Positions 18,901-29,090 of a stretch of DNA of 64,000 bases are shown here, piece after piece. Source of the stretch: an uncultured Phycisphaerales bacterium (GTDB lineage: Bacteria; Planctomycetota; Phycisphaerae; SM23-33). The notes beneath the pieces are model-generated. The model had not been told where the DNA came from and searched no databases. It was given only the letters and a program-made list of their open reading frames with translations. Position numbers and translations under genes: made by a program. Where the stretch lies: assembly GCA_965369385.1 (NCBI GenBank), contig CBDUQP010000002.1, forward strand, positions 783 through 64,782, given 5' to 3'. The first letter of the stretch is position 1. Each line of letters starts with the position of its first letter.

Positions 18901-18924
18901 AATAATCATAACGTTGTGGTTATT
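18901..18924. promoter_or_regulatory. Candidate LacI-type operator AATAATCATAACGTTGTGGTTATT (10/12 symmetric around AACGTT)
   Basis: Imperfect palindrome 14 bp upstream of the LacI-2 start, suggesting autoregulation. Confidence 0.4.
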
Positions 18925-19095
18925 ATATCATAACGAAATGCCCTGTCAATCCCATTTGTTCACGACACCCCCGACGACAACTTCACAACCCGCACGCAAC
19001 ATCTGGAATAATTGTCAAATACACACGCAAACCCTCTTGCGTAATCTCGAAAACAGGAGTATAAAGCAATCAACTGCATCGAGGCTCTATGCACT

Positions 19096-20193
19096 ATGGA
19101 TACAAAACAGATACAACCTCCACAACCACGCTATCTTAGCGTAAAAAACGCCCTGACAGAGGAGATACGCTCCGGCGACCTCACCCCTGGCGATAAGTTA
19201 ATGTCTGAAAGGGCATTACAGAAACATTTCAGCGTCAGCTATGCCACCGTCGCAAGGGCTCTCAAGGAACTCGCCGACGCCGGACTCATCGTGAGAAAGT
19301 GGGGAAAAGGCACATTCGTCACCGATGCGCCCCAGACCGTCATGAACATCGCGGTCACCTTCAACGATATCCACTCCCCCAACGATCCATACCTGCTCCC
19401 GATCACAAACGGAATCTGCCAGGCGGCAGCGAAGCTCAACTGGAGAAGCCAACTCTACCCCATGCCAGGATCGCAAATGTTCAGTGGCGGCAGCCAGAAC
19501 CTGCTGGCCGCCCTGCTCAACGAAGGGCGCATCGGCGGAGTCATCTCCTGCGATCCAAGCCCGCCGGAAGACATGGACCGCCTGCGATCCATGGGATGCC
19601 CCGCGGTATCCGTACTCAACAGCTATCCGCAATCTGGATCGTCATGCGTTATCGCGGACACCGCCAGCGGAGCAGAACAGATAATCAAACACCTTGTCGA
19701 CCAACTCGGCCATCACAAACTGATGCTCGTCATGGGCGGTAAACGCAACAGATCCGCACGAGTAAGCCGCGCATCGGTTCGCCTCTGCGAGGCACTGCTC
19801 GATCAATGCCGCCAGAGGGGAATCCGCTTCAAAGACAGCAATATCGTATACGAAGGTTTTAGATGGAGCAATGTCGCTTATGCGGTCACCGAGCGTTTGC
19901 AGGGGCCCGACCGCCCCAGCGCAGTTGTCTGCATATCCGACAGCGTAGCCATGAAAGTAGTGGAAACCGCAACACAATTGGGACTCTCAGTCCCACAGGA
20001 TCTCTCCGTTGTCGGCTGGGGAGACCCTATCGATGGCCTGAACCTGAGCTCCGTCCGCGTGCCCTATATGGATATGGGGCGCCAGAGCGTGAACATGCTG
20101 AATCAATTGCTGCAAGGTGAGGGACCGACCGAAAGCAGAGCCCCCGTAAAGCTCATGGCCAGAACCACTACCGCCCAAGCCCCCTGCAGCTAA
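19096..20193 (+). CDS. GntR-family HTH regulator fused to a LacI/PBP-type sugar-binding domain
   Basis: N-terminal GntR wHTH (..LMSERALQKHFSVSYATVARALKELADAGLIVRKWGKGTFV..) followed by a periplasmic-binding-protein-like domain. Confidence 0.75.
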   Translation: MDTKQIQPPQPRYLSVKNALTEEIRSGDLTPGDKLMSERALQKHFSVSYATVARALKELADAGLIVRKWGKGTFVTDAPQTVMNIAVTFNDIHSPNDPYLLPITNGICQAAAKLNWRSQLYPMPGSQMFSGGSQNLLAALLNEGRIGGVISCDPSPPEDMDRLRSMGCPAVSVLNSYPQSGSSCVIADTASGAEQIIKHLVDQLGHHKLMLVMGGKRNRSARVSRASVRLCEALLDQCRQRGIRFKDSNIVYEGFRWSNVAYAVTERLQGPDRPSAVVCISDSVAMKVVETATQLGLSVPQDLSVVGWGDPIDGLNLSSVRVPYMDMGRQSVNMLNQLLQGEGPTESRAPVKLMARTTTAQAPCS

Positions 20194-20213
20194 TACACTG
20201 ACTGGAACACACC

Positions 20214-20576
20214 ATGCCGCCTGCCTTCCAAGTAACAAGAACCGTGCACACACCACACAGCACCGAATTCGGCGCTCCGCTGTCGTTCATGCGTTACCTC
20301 GGCAGCGGACTGCGAAGAGAAGAAACGCTCGCATACCAAGCCGGGAGCGATCTGACGGTCGACCATCACGTTCGCGCATCTGATGATAACGGGCAAACCT
20401 GGACCGACGAGATAAACTTCGGGCCGTTCCTGACCACAGGATACGCCGATATCGTAGCCACAGGCCCTGGCAGGTTCCTGTGCGCCTTTGACTGCACACC
20501 ACCACAACCATGGACACAACACGCGGCGCACTGGATTGGCGTCGTAGATGTTACCGTAGAACAAGAAAAGGAATAA
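20214..20576 (+). CDS. BNR/Asp-box repeat fragment (sialidase-like C-terminal remnant?)
   Basis: 120-aa ORF containing a canonical Asp-box SDDNGQTW, too short for a functional glycosidase. It is followed at 20582-20836 by a second short ORF (MSLEIKGTGLIYRNPIP...) carrying an FRIP-like YRNP motif. Confidence 0.3.
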   Translation: MPPAFQVTRTVHTPHSTEFGAPLSFMRYLGSGLRREETLAYQAGSDLTVDHHVRASDDNGQTWTDEINFGPFLTTGYADIVATGPGRFLCAFDCTPPQPWTQHAAHWIGVVDVTVEQEKE

Positions 20577-20832
20577 CTACTATGTCACTTGAGATAAAAG
20601 GCACAGGCCTCATCTACCGCAACCCGATTCCGCACATCAAGAGCGTACATCGGGACCGCATGCCAGCGGGGACATGTATAAGAAGCTTCGCCGCAGGCGA
20701 AGCGCACATACGTGTCCCCCTACGCGACCAAAGACGCACTGCCGCACACCACGTGCCACCGCAGCCACAGTATTGCAGATGGGTGAAGAGTTACAAACAA
20801 TCAAGTAATCATACAGAACAGGTAGATAGCGA

Positions 20833-21843
20833 ATGACAAGCCGCGAAAGAATCAAAACAATCATCTCCGGACAGGAAGCAGATCGTTGTGGCCTGTGGCT
20901 GGGCGATCCCCATGAAGACACCTGGCCGATCTATCACGAGTACTTCGGCACGAAAACCGAAGAGGACTTGCGCCAGAAGACTGGTGATGACTTTCGTTGG
21001 ATATGCCCACAGTTCTTCGCTAATGCCTACCAACATCCCGACGGCAAGCCCATGTTCGATGAAGGGCTTAACAGGGAGTCGCATACCGACTTTCCGCTTG
21101 CGGGCGCTGAAAACGTATCGGACATTGAAGATTATGAATGGCCGAACCCGGATTACCTGAACTTCGATGACTGCCTCGAAACGCTCCGCAACGCAGGTGA
21201 TGTTTACCGGGCGAGCGGATTCTGGACGTGCTTCTATCATAACGTGATGGACCTGTTCGGAATGGAGAAGTACATGATGGACATGTTCCTGAATCCCGAA
21301 CTTGTCCACGCGGTAACCGACAAGGTCTGCGAATTCTACTACGAAGCCAACGAGCGATTCTTCGCCGAAGCAGGCGACATGGTAGACGGATACTTCTTCG
21401 GTAATGATTTCGGTACGCAACTGAGCCTGATCTGCGGGCCGGACCAGTTCGACGAGTTCATCATGCCGTGGTTCCGCAAATTCACCGCCCAGGGACACAA
21501 CCACGGATACCAGGTGATCCTGCACTCTTGCGGCGCGATCCATGATGTAATCGGCAGGCTCATTGACGCTGGCGTCGACTGCCTGCACCCCTTGCAGGCG
21601 CTTGCCAGCAATATGGACGCCGACACCCTTGCCCGTGACTTCAAGGGCAAAATTGCCTTCATGGGCGGCATCGACACGCAGGACCTGCTCATGAACGCCA
21701 CGCCCGAACAGGTCAAGGAAGATGTCAGGCGAGTCAAGGCATTGCTCGGGCCCAACCTTATAGTAAACCCAAGCCACGAAGCCATCCTGCCAAACGTCCC
21801 GCCGGAGAACATCCAGGCAATGGCCCAGGCCGCTGTGGCATAG
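20833..21843 (+). CDS. Uroporphyrinogen decarboxylase (URO-D)-like family protein
   Basis: 336 aa, URO-D/MtaA-like fold signature (..FFGNDFGTQLSLICGPDQFDEFIMPWFRKF..ILHSCG..). Confidence 0.6.
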   Translation: MTSRERIKTIISGQEADRCGLWLGDPHEDTWPIYHEYFGTKTEEDLRQKTGDDFRWICPQFFANAYQHPDGKPMFDEGLNRESHTDFPLAGAENVSDIEDYEWPNPDYLNFDDCLETLRNAGDVYRASGFWTCFYHNVMDLFGMEKYMMDMFLNPELVHAVTDKVCEFYYEANERFFAEAGDMVDGYFFGNDFGTQLSLICGPDQFDEFIMPWFRKFTAQGHNHGYQVILHSCGAIHDVIGRLIDAGVDCLHPLQALASNMDADTLARDFKGKIAFMGGIDTQDLLMNATPEQVKEDVRRVKALLGPNLIVNPSHEAILPNVPPENIQAMAQAAVA

Positions 21844-21942
21844 CAGCACCTCCGCGACTCAGAAATTGACGAGAAGCACAAGAAGGCAGGCACGGTTAAC
21901 CCCGCATCTGCCTTCTTCTATTGACACACGTAAGATGAGTAC

Positions 21943-23184
21943 TCACTGCCAGACGCTATCTATCACCTCGCGGGCAAGCTGCACCCACTGGCGGGCACGG
22001 GTCGGGTCTTTCTCGACGGTCTCAACATCCTTCAGCGTAATATCAACGTGCCTGCCGAGACATGCTTTCAGGTCGCTTTCGAGGATCGATGTGATCCGCC
22101 CCCTGTCGAAACCGTACCCAACCATATCTGTCGGGCTGGGACGATAGCTGATTACGTAGTCGGTGCCTATCTGGTCGGCGCAGGCGGCTACGTCGGCAAA
22201 TGGCGACACTGCTATGCGACGCAGATTCCTGATCTTACGCAGCATGTCTATCTTCCGAGTCAGATCCTCGCAACAGCCGTAAGTCACCAGGCCGAATTTC
22301 TCCATAATCGGCATCTGGTACCGCAGCAGGAACTCCTCGTGCATGTCGGGTGAAACCAGTGCGTATTCCTGGGCGGCCATGAAACACCACAACTGCTCGC
22401 GTTTGACGCCCGGCGAGTTGGCGGCAGGATCCGGCAATTCGGCTGCATAGCACATCGCCTGGTTCTCGTGCGAAGTTAGGCACCAGTCGCCATCAGCTTC
22501 GGCTTTGTCATGCACAGCCATCACACCATCCCGCATGAACGCCAACAGTCCATGAAGCCATTGCGGATTATCGAACATATCGAGCATGAAGTTTTCCATG
22601 CCACGCAGATGCCCCAGGTACATTGAAATATCCCCGTAGAATGCCCGAAAGAAGGGACCACGATCCAGGTTGACCGTGAGAATGTCGCCGATGGCATCGG
22701 TGAGCATGCCGACGTTGGCGGCGGTGGCTGGTTCGTCAATACCATGCCACGGCGTCACAAGCTTCTCGATGTCGGCAGGATCGGCGAGCGGGTGTACCGC
22801 CTTATAGGAACCGGCACTATCTCCCGTGGTCTGCCTTTGCGACTCTACCCCCCAGCCCACGCACTCGTAAACCGGCGAAACATTTACCCACGGCTCGAAC
22901 ACCGAGTCATCGTCAAGCGAAGCCCAGAACAGCTTGTGCCGCAATTGGTTCTCAATTGTGCGAAACAGCCCATCGGTGCACTCGCACCGCGATTCGGCCA
23001 TTTCGCCCCACGCAAAGGCCCGCATATATATGAGCGGCCTGGTAGGTATCAGGCTGTTCTTCTTTCGCCACAAGTCGCGACGGGTCTCCTGAACAGGATC
23101 GCTGCAAACATCGGCATACCGCCTGGCCAGCTCCCTCAGAATCTCCACATCCCGCTGCCTTGACTGCATATCACTGGAACACAT
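21943..23184 (-). CDS. Uroporphyrinogen decarboxylase (URO-D)-like family protein, second copy
   Basis: 413 aa, URO-D-like TIM-barrel family features, divergent from the AraC regulator at 23266. Confidence 0.5.
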   Translation of the reverse strand: MCSSDMQSRQRDVEILRELARRYADVCSDPVQETRRDLWRKKNSLIPTRPLIYMRAFAWGEMAESRCECTDGLFRTIENQLRHKLFWASLDDDSVFEPWVNVSPVYECVGWGVESQRQTTGDSAGSYKAVHPLADPADIEKLVTPWHGIDEPATAANVGMLTDAIGDILTVNLDRGPFFRAFYGDISMYLGHLRGMENFMLDMFDNPQWLHGLLAFMRDGVMAVHDKAEADGDWCLTSHENQAMCYAAELPDPAANSPGVKREQLWCFMAAQEYALVSPDMHEEFLLRYQMPIMEKFGLVTYGCCEDLTRKIDMLRKIRNLRRIAVSPFADVAACADQIGTDYVISYRPSPTDMVGYGFDRGRITSILESDLKACLGRHVDITLKDVETVEKDPTRARQWVQLAREVIDSVWQ

Positions 23185-23265
23185 ATCGGTATCTCCACGC
23201 TAAACACCCGGACGCCGATTGGCGACCTCTCCAATGCATTTTGCCTTGGAAGCCCCACAATACCA

Positions 23266-24108
23266 ATGGCAATACACGATGCTTTTTTGTATTATTACGA
23301 CATGCCCGCAAAGAACTGGCAAGTTCGCATCAATCCTCCAAGCCCAAATACCGTGCAATGCGCTGGTGATTGGAGCTGGAATATTTCACCAGGCATGGCC
23401 GATTACGACCTGCTCGCTATCCATAGCGGGCTAGGTCATTATCGCATTGTGGGCGACAACACGGTAATACAAGCGACGGCTGGGACGTGCATCCTGCTTC
23501 GCAAAGGGTGCGAATATTTCTGCACTACGGACCATGCCAACCCCATGCGAGTGTCATATGTTCATTTCGAGTATGTGAACCCACGCGGCCGGGTGATAAC
23601 CCCTGAGCCCGAAATTACGGGCGATCTGTCGAGGCAATTCCACGCAAACCACCTTATATTCGAACTGCTCAGCAGAATGTCAGATGCCTGGCGATTCCAG
23701 AACGACCAGTCGGCGGCTGGCAAATGGCTGGACGCGGCGATTCTTGAATACCTCCGGCCGCCAGACACCTGTGAAGGCAGCTCCGGCAACCGGGCTGGGC
23801 AGATACGCTCTCTTTGCAGACAGATACGCCAGGAACCCGATCGCATCTGGCGAATTGAAGACCTGGCCACCCAGGCCGCATGCACACGCGACCACCTGGG
23901 GAGGCTTTTCCGCAAATTCGTCGGCCTGTCGCCGGGTGAATACATAATCCAGGCAAGGATCGAGGCCGCAATGCAATTGCTCAAAACGTCCGATCACTCA
24001 ATCACCCGAATTGCCGAACTGCTTGGTTACTGCGATGTTTACGCGTTCAGCCGCCAATTCAGCAACAGAACCGGCCTGTCGCCAAAGGCTTATCGCAAGA
24101 AACGCTGA
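23266..24108 (+). CDS. AraC-family transcriptional regulator (cupin-like N-terminal domain)
   Basis: C-terminal AraC double HTH (..IEDLATQAACTRDHLGRLFRKFVGLSPGEYIIQARIEAAMQLLKTSDHSITRIAELLGYCDVYAFSRQFSNRTGLSPKAYR). Confidence 0.8.
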   Translation: MAIHDAFLYYYDMPAKNWQVRINPPSPNTVQCAGDWSWNISPGMADYDLLAIHSGLGHYRIVGDNTVIQATAGTCILLRKGCEYFCTTDHANPMRVSYVHFEYVNPRGRVITPEPEITGDLSRQFHANHLIFELLSRMSDAWRFQNDQSAAGKWLDAAILEYLRPPDTCEGSSGNRAGQIRSLCRQIRQEPDRIWRIEDLATQAACTRDHLGRLFRKFVGLSPGEYIIQARIEAAMQLLKTSDHSITRIAELLGYCDVYAFSRQFSNRTGLSPKAYRKKR

Positions 24109-24983
24109 CCGACAAAACTCAGGGCAATCGCATCTGAATCAGGCTGGTTTGCGCGAGAGGCATCCTCCGGCGGGCAGGCACGTATGTGAACTTCGACTGC
24201 GGCTGCGATTCTCTGTACATGTCCCGCCACGGCGGGCAGGCCCCGCTGGCATGCGGCACGGGGATCACGACCCTGCGGCACTGAAGCTACCTGCCTGCCG
24301 GACAGGCAGCTGCAGGACAGGCGCAGTCCTATATCAACATACTGACCGATGGGGCGGATTGTGATGCAGGGAATTGTGGGTTTTTATGGGGTTTTGTGGG
24401 GGAAGAGTGAGAAACGAATCGTGAGACTCTCCCGACCGACACGCCAAAACGTTGCAAAAATGGCGATTTCTGCAAATGTTACATGGTCTAACGTCAAATC
24501 AAATTGTGAGTAATGGCTAACGGCTGGCGTGATCGGCCATTAACGGCCGATTTTCAACGCTATAAAAAGGTGCACAAGATGGTATTCATGCACCAATTTT
24601 CGCAATTCTGCACCTTTTTGCACCATTGCGAATTACGCAATATCCGGGGGAGCCATGCTTGTGAAGTCGGCCGGGTTTCGTGGGAATCCGCACAAGCATT
24701 TATAGTCAGAAATCGGTTGCTGGTGAGGCCTCACCGTTCGATGGAAGGCATACTCTGTCGACTCGCAGGGCAGGGCGCAACCCGTAGAAAAGCATGAAGA
24801 AATTCCTCGGTCCGAACTCCTCTGATTAGATGCGTAGGCCCTGGGACAAAACGCCGCACACCTTGAAAGATAGGCAACTTGCATCTAGAATCACTCTGTG
24901 GCTACCGTACGAGACCGTCGACAACGCATGATGACACGATCCTAACAGGCAATTAAGGGGCACCGGAGCCCGGGACTGATGAA

Positions 24984-27170
24984 ATGGCAGCAACCGTAAC
25001 CGCTCGATACGAACAGCTCCTGGCGAAAGCCGGGGAAGTGGTCGACAAACGTGGATACCCGAAGAAGATACGAATCCAGGTTGGCAACGCCACATGCGAA
25101 AACGCCGCTGGCTCACGAGAAGTTCTCGATGAACTGACAAAACATCTGGAGGCATCTGGCAGGAGCGACATCACCATACACCAGACAGGTTGCACTGGCA
25201 GATGCAGTTGCGAGCCCATCGTGGGGGTCGCCCTTCCAGGCGAATCTCTAGTCAAATACCAACGTGTCGATCGTGAAAAGGCACATGAGATATTCAGCAC
25301 CCACGTGCTTGGCGGGAAACCGGTCGAGAATCTGATTCTTGACGATCAGCCGGGTGTCCGTGCCCGCAACGAGTTCTTTTTCTGCAATCACCCCAACTGC
25401 AAGAACCGTACTGAGATGGACATGAAGAACCGGTTCGAGCAGATGCTTGCCGAAAGCGATCTGGAAGCAGGTACCGCTGCAGTGATACAGGCAAACTGCC
25501 TCGGCCTGTGCAAAAATGCGAGCAATGAGAATGCAGCCTATATACTTGCCCTGCCTTCACGAACAGTCTATCAAGTCAATGAAGAGTCCGACCTGCAGGA
25601 AATACTGGACTGCCACATTGCCAAGGGGCAGACAGTCGAGCGATTGGCAATCCAACATACCTCACCAGCTACGCAACTGTTCTTTGAACTCTACGGTGAC
25701 GTTGCGTTTTTCAACAAGCAGAGTCGCATCGCCCTGAGAAATGCAGGCATCGTCAATCCCGAGGATATCGACGAGCACATTGCACTGGGCGGATTCCATG
25801 CACTGGCGACCACTTTGGATAAGAACGATCCGCAATGGCTTATCGGAGTAGTAACCGATTCCAAGCTGCGAGGCAGAGGTGGCGGCGGGTATCCAACCGG
25901 AAAGAAGTGGGCAAACGCGGCCGCCGAGCAAAGCGACACGAAGTACATCATCTGCAACGCGGACGAAGGCGATCCTGGCGCGTTCATGGATCGCAGCATG
26001 CTGGAGAGCGATCCACTATCGGTGCTTGAAGGAATGGTCATAGGTGGATTTGCGATAGGTGCCTCCTGGGGATACATCTACGTGCGTGCGGAATATCCCC
26101 TTGCGATCAACCGAATAGAAAACGCCCTGAGTCTCGCCCGACAGCGTGGGCTCCTGGGCAAGAATATTCTCAATAGCGGGTTCGACTTTGACGTGGAAAT
26201 ACGCCTGGGAGCAGGCGCTTTTGTGTGCGGAGAAGAGACCGCCCTGATACATTCGATAGAGGGCAAACGCGGCGAACCCAGAATCCGCCCGCCCTACCCG
26301 AGCACCAGCGGACTGTGGGGCAAGCCTACTGTCATAAATAACGTTGAGACATTCGCAAACATCCCGGTCATAATCCAGTACGGTGCGGAATGGTTCGCAC
26401 GCATCGGCAGCAAAACAAGCGGGGGAACGAAGGTTTTCGCCCTGGCGGGCAAGGTTCGCCAGACCGGGCTGGTCGAAGTGCCAATGGGCACAACGCTTCG
26501 ACAAATCGTGTACGATATCGGCGGCGGAATACCCAACGACAAGAAACTGAAAGCCATCCAAACTGGCGGGCCCGCGGGCGGGTGCCTTCCCGAAGAATGG
26601 TTGGACACACCGGTGGATTTCGACAGCCTCGCCAAGGCTGGCTCCATCATGGGTTCAGGGGGAATGATAATAATGGACGAGGACGACTGCATGGTCGATA
26701 TCGCCCGTTACTTCCTCACCTTCTCGCAGGATGAGTCGTGTGGCAAGTGCACCCCATGCCGCGAAGGATCAAAGCGAATGCTGGAAATCCTGAACCGAAT
26801 AACTACCGGAAAGGGAGTGCCTGAGGACATCGCCAAACTCCAGCGCCTTGGCAAGCTCATGCAGAAAGCATCGCTCTGCGGGCTTGGACGCGCTGCGGCC
26901 AACCCAGTACTCAGCACACTGAAATACTACCGTGATGAATACGATGCCCACATAAATGACAAATACTGCAGCGCACACAAATGCACATCACTGGTGACAT
27001 ATATTATCAATGAGGACAAGTGCATCGGATGCACTGCATGCGCACGCAACTGCCCGGTAACATGCATATCGGGCAAACCAAAAGAATCGCATTTGATAGA
27101 CCAATCACAATGCATCAAGTGTGGGCGGTGTTATGAAGTATGCAAATTTGACGCGGTGATTCGCCAATAG
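24984..27170 (+). CDS. hydB: [FeFe]-hydrogenase NAD(P)-binding subunit HydB/HndC (NuoF-like, with N-terminal thioredoxin-like [2Fe-2S] and C-terminal 2x[4Fe-4S] domains)
   Basis: NuoF core (..KYIICNADEGDPGAFMDRSMLESDPLSVLEGM..GAGAFVCGEETALIHSIEGKRGEPR..). C-terminal ferredoxin CIGCTACARNCP...CIKCGRCYEVCK. 728 aa. Confidence 0.85.
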   Translation: MAATVTARYEQLLAKAGEVVDKRGYPKKIRIQVGNATCENAAGSREVLDELTKHLEASGRSDITIHQTGCTGRCSCEPIVGVALPGESLVKYQRVDREKAHEIFSTHVLGGKPVENLILDDQPGVRARNEFFFCNHPNCKNRTEMDMKNRFEQMLAESDLEAGTAAVIQANCLGLCKNASNENAAYILALPSRTVYQVNEESDLQEILDCHIAKGQTVERLAIQHTSPATQLFFELYGDVAFFNKQSRIALRNAGIVNPEDIDEHIALGGFHALATTLDKNDPQWLIGVVTDSKLRGRGGGGYPTGKKWANAAAEQSDTKYIICNADEGDPGAFMDRSMLESDPLSVLEGMVIGGFAIGASWGYIYVRAEYPLAINRIENALSLARQRGLLGKNILNSGFDFDVEIRLGAGAFVCGEETALIHSIEGKRGEPRIRPPYPSTSGLWGKPTVINNVETFANIPVIIQYGAEWFARIGSKTSGGTKVFALAGKVRQTGLVEVPMGTTLRQIVYDIGGGIPNDKKLKAIQTGGPAGGCLPEEWLDTPVDFDSLAKAGSIMGSGGMIIMDEDDCMVDIARYFLTFSQDESCGKCTPCREGSKRMLEILNRITTGKGVPEDIAKLQRLGKLMQKASLCGLGRAAANPVLSTLKYYRDEYDAHINDKYCSAHKCTSLVTYIINEDKCIGCTACARNCPVTCISGKPKESHLIDQSQCIKCGRCYEVCKFDAVIRQ

Positions 27171-27296
27171 CACTAGTACTCTGTCACACGCGACAATTAG
27201 CGATGGTAACCTGGCCGCAACGGCGGACAGGCAACGACTTACGAATATTCAGGTTCGCAAATTTCGCCGTGACAAAGCACCCGGGCAGGGATATCC

Positions 27297-29090
27297 ATGA
27301 GCAAGAACACAAAAGAGATAATCAACATAACCCTTGACGGCCAGGAAGTTGAGGTAGCCAAGGGGCAGACGATAATGCAGGCCGCCGAGCGATTCGGCAT
27401 CCACATCCCACGTCTGTGCTACCACCCGGAGCTGAGCCTGGCTGGGGCATGCCGCGTCTGCATTGTCGAGGTGGAGGGCATGCCTTCTCACATGGCATCT
27501 TGCTCGGTTGAAGTATGGGACGGTATGAAGGTGTTAACGCACTCACAGGAAATCCACCAGGCGCGGCGAGATATTGTGGAACTGCTTCTGGACAACCATA
27601 ATAAGGACTGCCAAACATGCCATCGCGACGGAAATTGCGAGCTCCAGAATCTCGCCTACTCACTCGGGATTCGCGAAAGACTCTTCGAGGGCGAACGAAA
27701 AGACTTCGCCCCGGACAACACAAGTCACTCGGTCGTGCGGGATCCGTCCCGCTGCATACTTTGCGGCAGATGCACCCGCGTTTGCAGCGAAATTCAGGGG
27801 GTGAGCAATCTGGGGAGAATGGGTCGCGGATTCAACACGCTGGTATCCCCGGCCCACGGGATGGATATGGACGAGTCGGTGTGCATTCAATGCGGCCAGT
27901 GCATAATGGTGTGCCCCACCGCCGCCTTGGTGGAAAAATCAAGCATAGATGACGTCTGGCAGGCACTTGCCGACCCCAACATGCATGTTGTGGTGCAGAC
28001 GGCCCCGTCGATACGGGCCGCCATCGGCGAAGGGTTCGGGCTCAAACCCGGGACACCGTCCACTAACAAAATGGTCTGCGCCCTGCGACATTTGGGGTTT
28101 GATCGCGTATTCGATACAAACTTCGGCGCCGATTTGACGATAGTTGAGGAATCCAATGAACTGATAAATCGCCTGAATGGCGATGGCCCGCTACCAATGC
28201 TCACGTCGTGCTCGCCGGGATGGATAAGCTTCATGGAAAAATTCTATCCGGAGCTGATACCCAATGCATCTACATGCAGATCGCCAATGAGTATGACATC
28301 GGTCCTGGCAAAAACCTACTACGCACATAAGGTCGGCATCGATCCAAAGAACGTCTACATGGTGGCTGTCATGCCCTGCGTAGCCAAGAAATACGAAGCC
28401 GCGCGGCCGGAACATGCAACACCCGACGGAACGCCATATACCGACGCGGTACTGACTACGCGAGAACTTATCCAGATGATAAAGTCTTGGGGAATCGGAT
28501 ACTGGACCATGCCAAACATAGATATATGGCAGCTCCCTAACGATGAGTTTGACGATCCCATGGGCAGTTCCAGCGGCGCTGGCGACATCTTCGGCGCGAC
28601 CGGCGGCGTTATGGAAGCGACATTGCGAACAGCTGCAGAAAGAATCACCGGGCAAAAACACGGTAAGATAGACTTCCGGGAAGTCCGTGGCGTTAAGGGA
28701 CTCAAGGAAGTAAGCATGGACATTGGCTCAAAAACACTGAACATTGCGGTCGCAAACGGTTTGGCCAACGCGAAACGCGTTCTGGACATGGTAGTCAGCG
28801 GCGAAAAGGAATTCCACGTAATAGAGGTAATGGCATGCCCCGGAGGATGCATCGGAGGTGGAGGACAGCCGTATCCTCCCAAAGACTCCTACGCCATGGA
28901 CCCCGAGTTGCTCGAAATGCGAACCGAAGCGCTCTACTCGATCGATGCCGACAAGGAAGTACGACGATCCCACATGAACCCATCGATACAGAAACTCTAT
29001 GAAGATTTCCTGATCGAACCCGGCAGTAAGTTCGCACACGAATTGCTGCACACCAGCTACCAACCGCGTCTTCCTAGGGGCATTCAATGA
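27297..29090 (+). CDS. hydA: [FeFe]-hydrogenase catalytic subunit HydA (M3 type)
   Basis: N-terminal 2Fe-2S ferredoxin plus His-ligated and 2x[4Fe-4S] domains. H-cluster motifs L1 TSCSPGW, L2 MPCVAKKYE and L3 EVMACPGGCIGGGGQP. Confidence 0.9.
   Translation: MSKNTKEIINITLDGQEVEVAKGQTIMQAAERFGIHIPRLCYHPELSLAGACRVCIVEVEGMPSHMASCSVEVWDGMKVLTHSQEIHQARRDIVELLLDNHNKDCQTCHRDGNCELQNLAYSLGIRERLFEGERKDFAPDNTSHSVVRDPSRCILCGRCTRVCSEIQGVSNLGRMGRGFNTLVSPAHGMDMDESVCIQCGQCIMVCPTAALVEKSSIDDVWQALADPNMHVVVQTAPSIRAAIGEGFGLKPGTPSTNKMVCALRHLGFDRVFDTNFGADLTIVEESNELINRLNGDGPLPMLTSCSPGWISFMEKFYPELIPNASTCRSPMSMTSVLAKTYYAHKVGIDPKNVYMVAVMPCVAKKYEAARPEHATPDGTPYTDAVLTTRELIQMIKSWGIGYWTMPNIDIWQLPNDEFDDPMGSSSGAGDIFGATGGVMEATLRTAAERITGQKHGKIDFREVRGVKGLKEVSMDIGSKTLNIAVANGLANAKRVLDMVVSGEKEFHVIEVMACPGGCIGGGGQPYPPKDSYAMDPELLEMRTEALYSIDADKEVRRSHMNPSIQKLYEDFLIEPGSKFAHELLHTSYQPRLPRGIQ

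Noticed and set aside
20510-20836. ORF 20510-20836 as a single 108-aa protein
   Set aside because: Its first 24 codons overlap the preceding Asp-box ORF out of frame. A well-placed SD+ATG at 20582 marks the plausible start of the short FRIP-like fragment instead.
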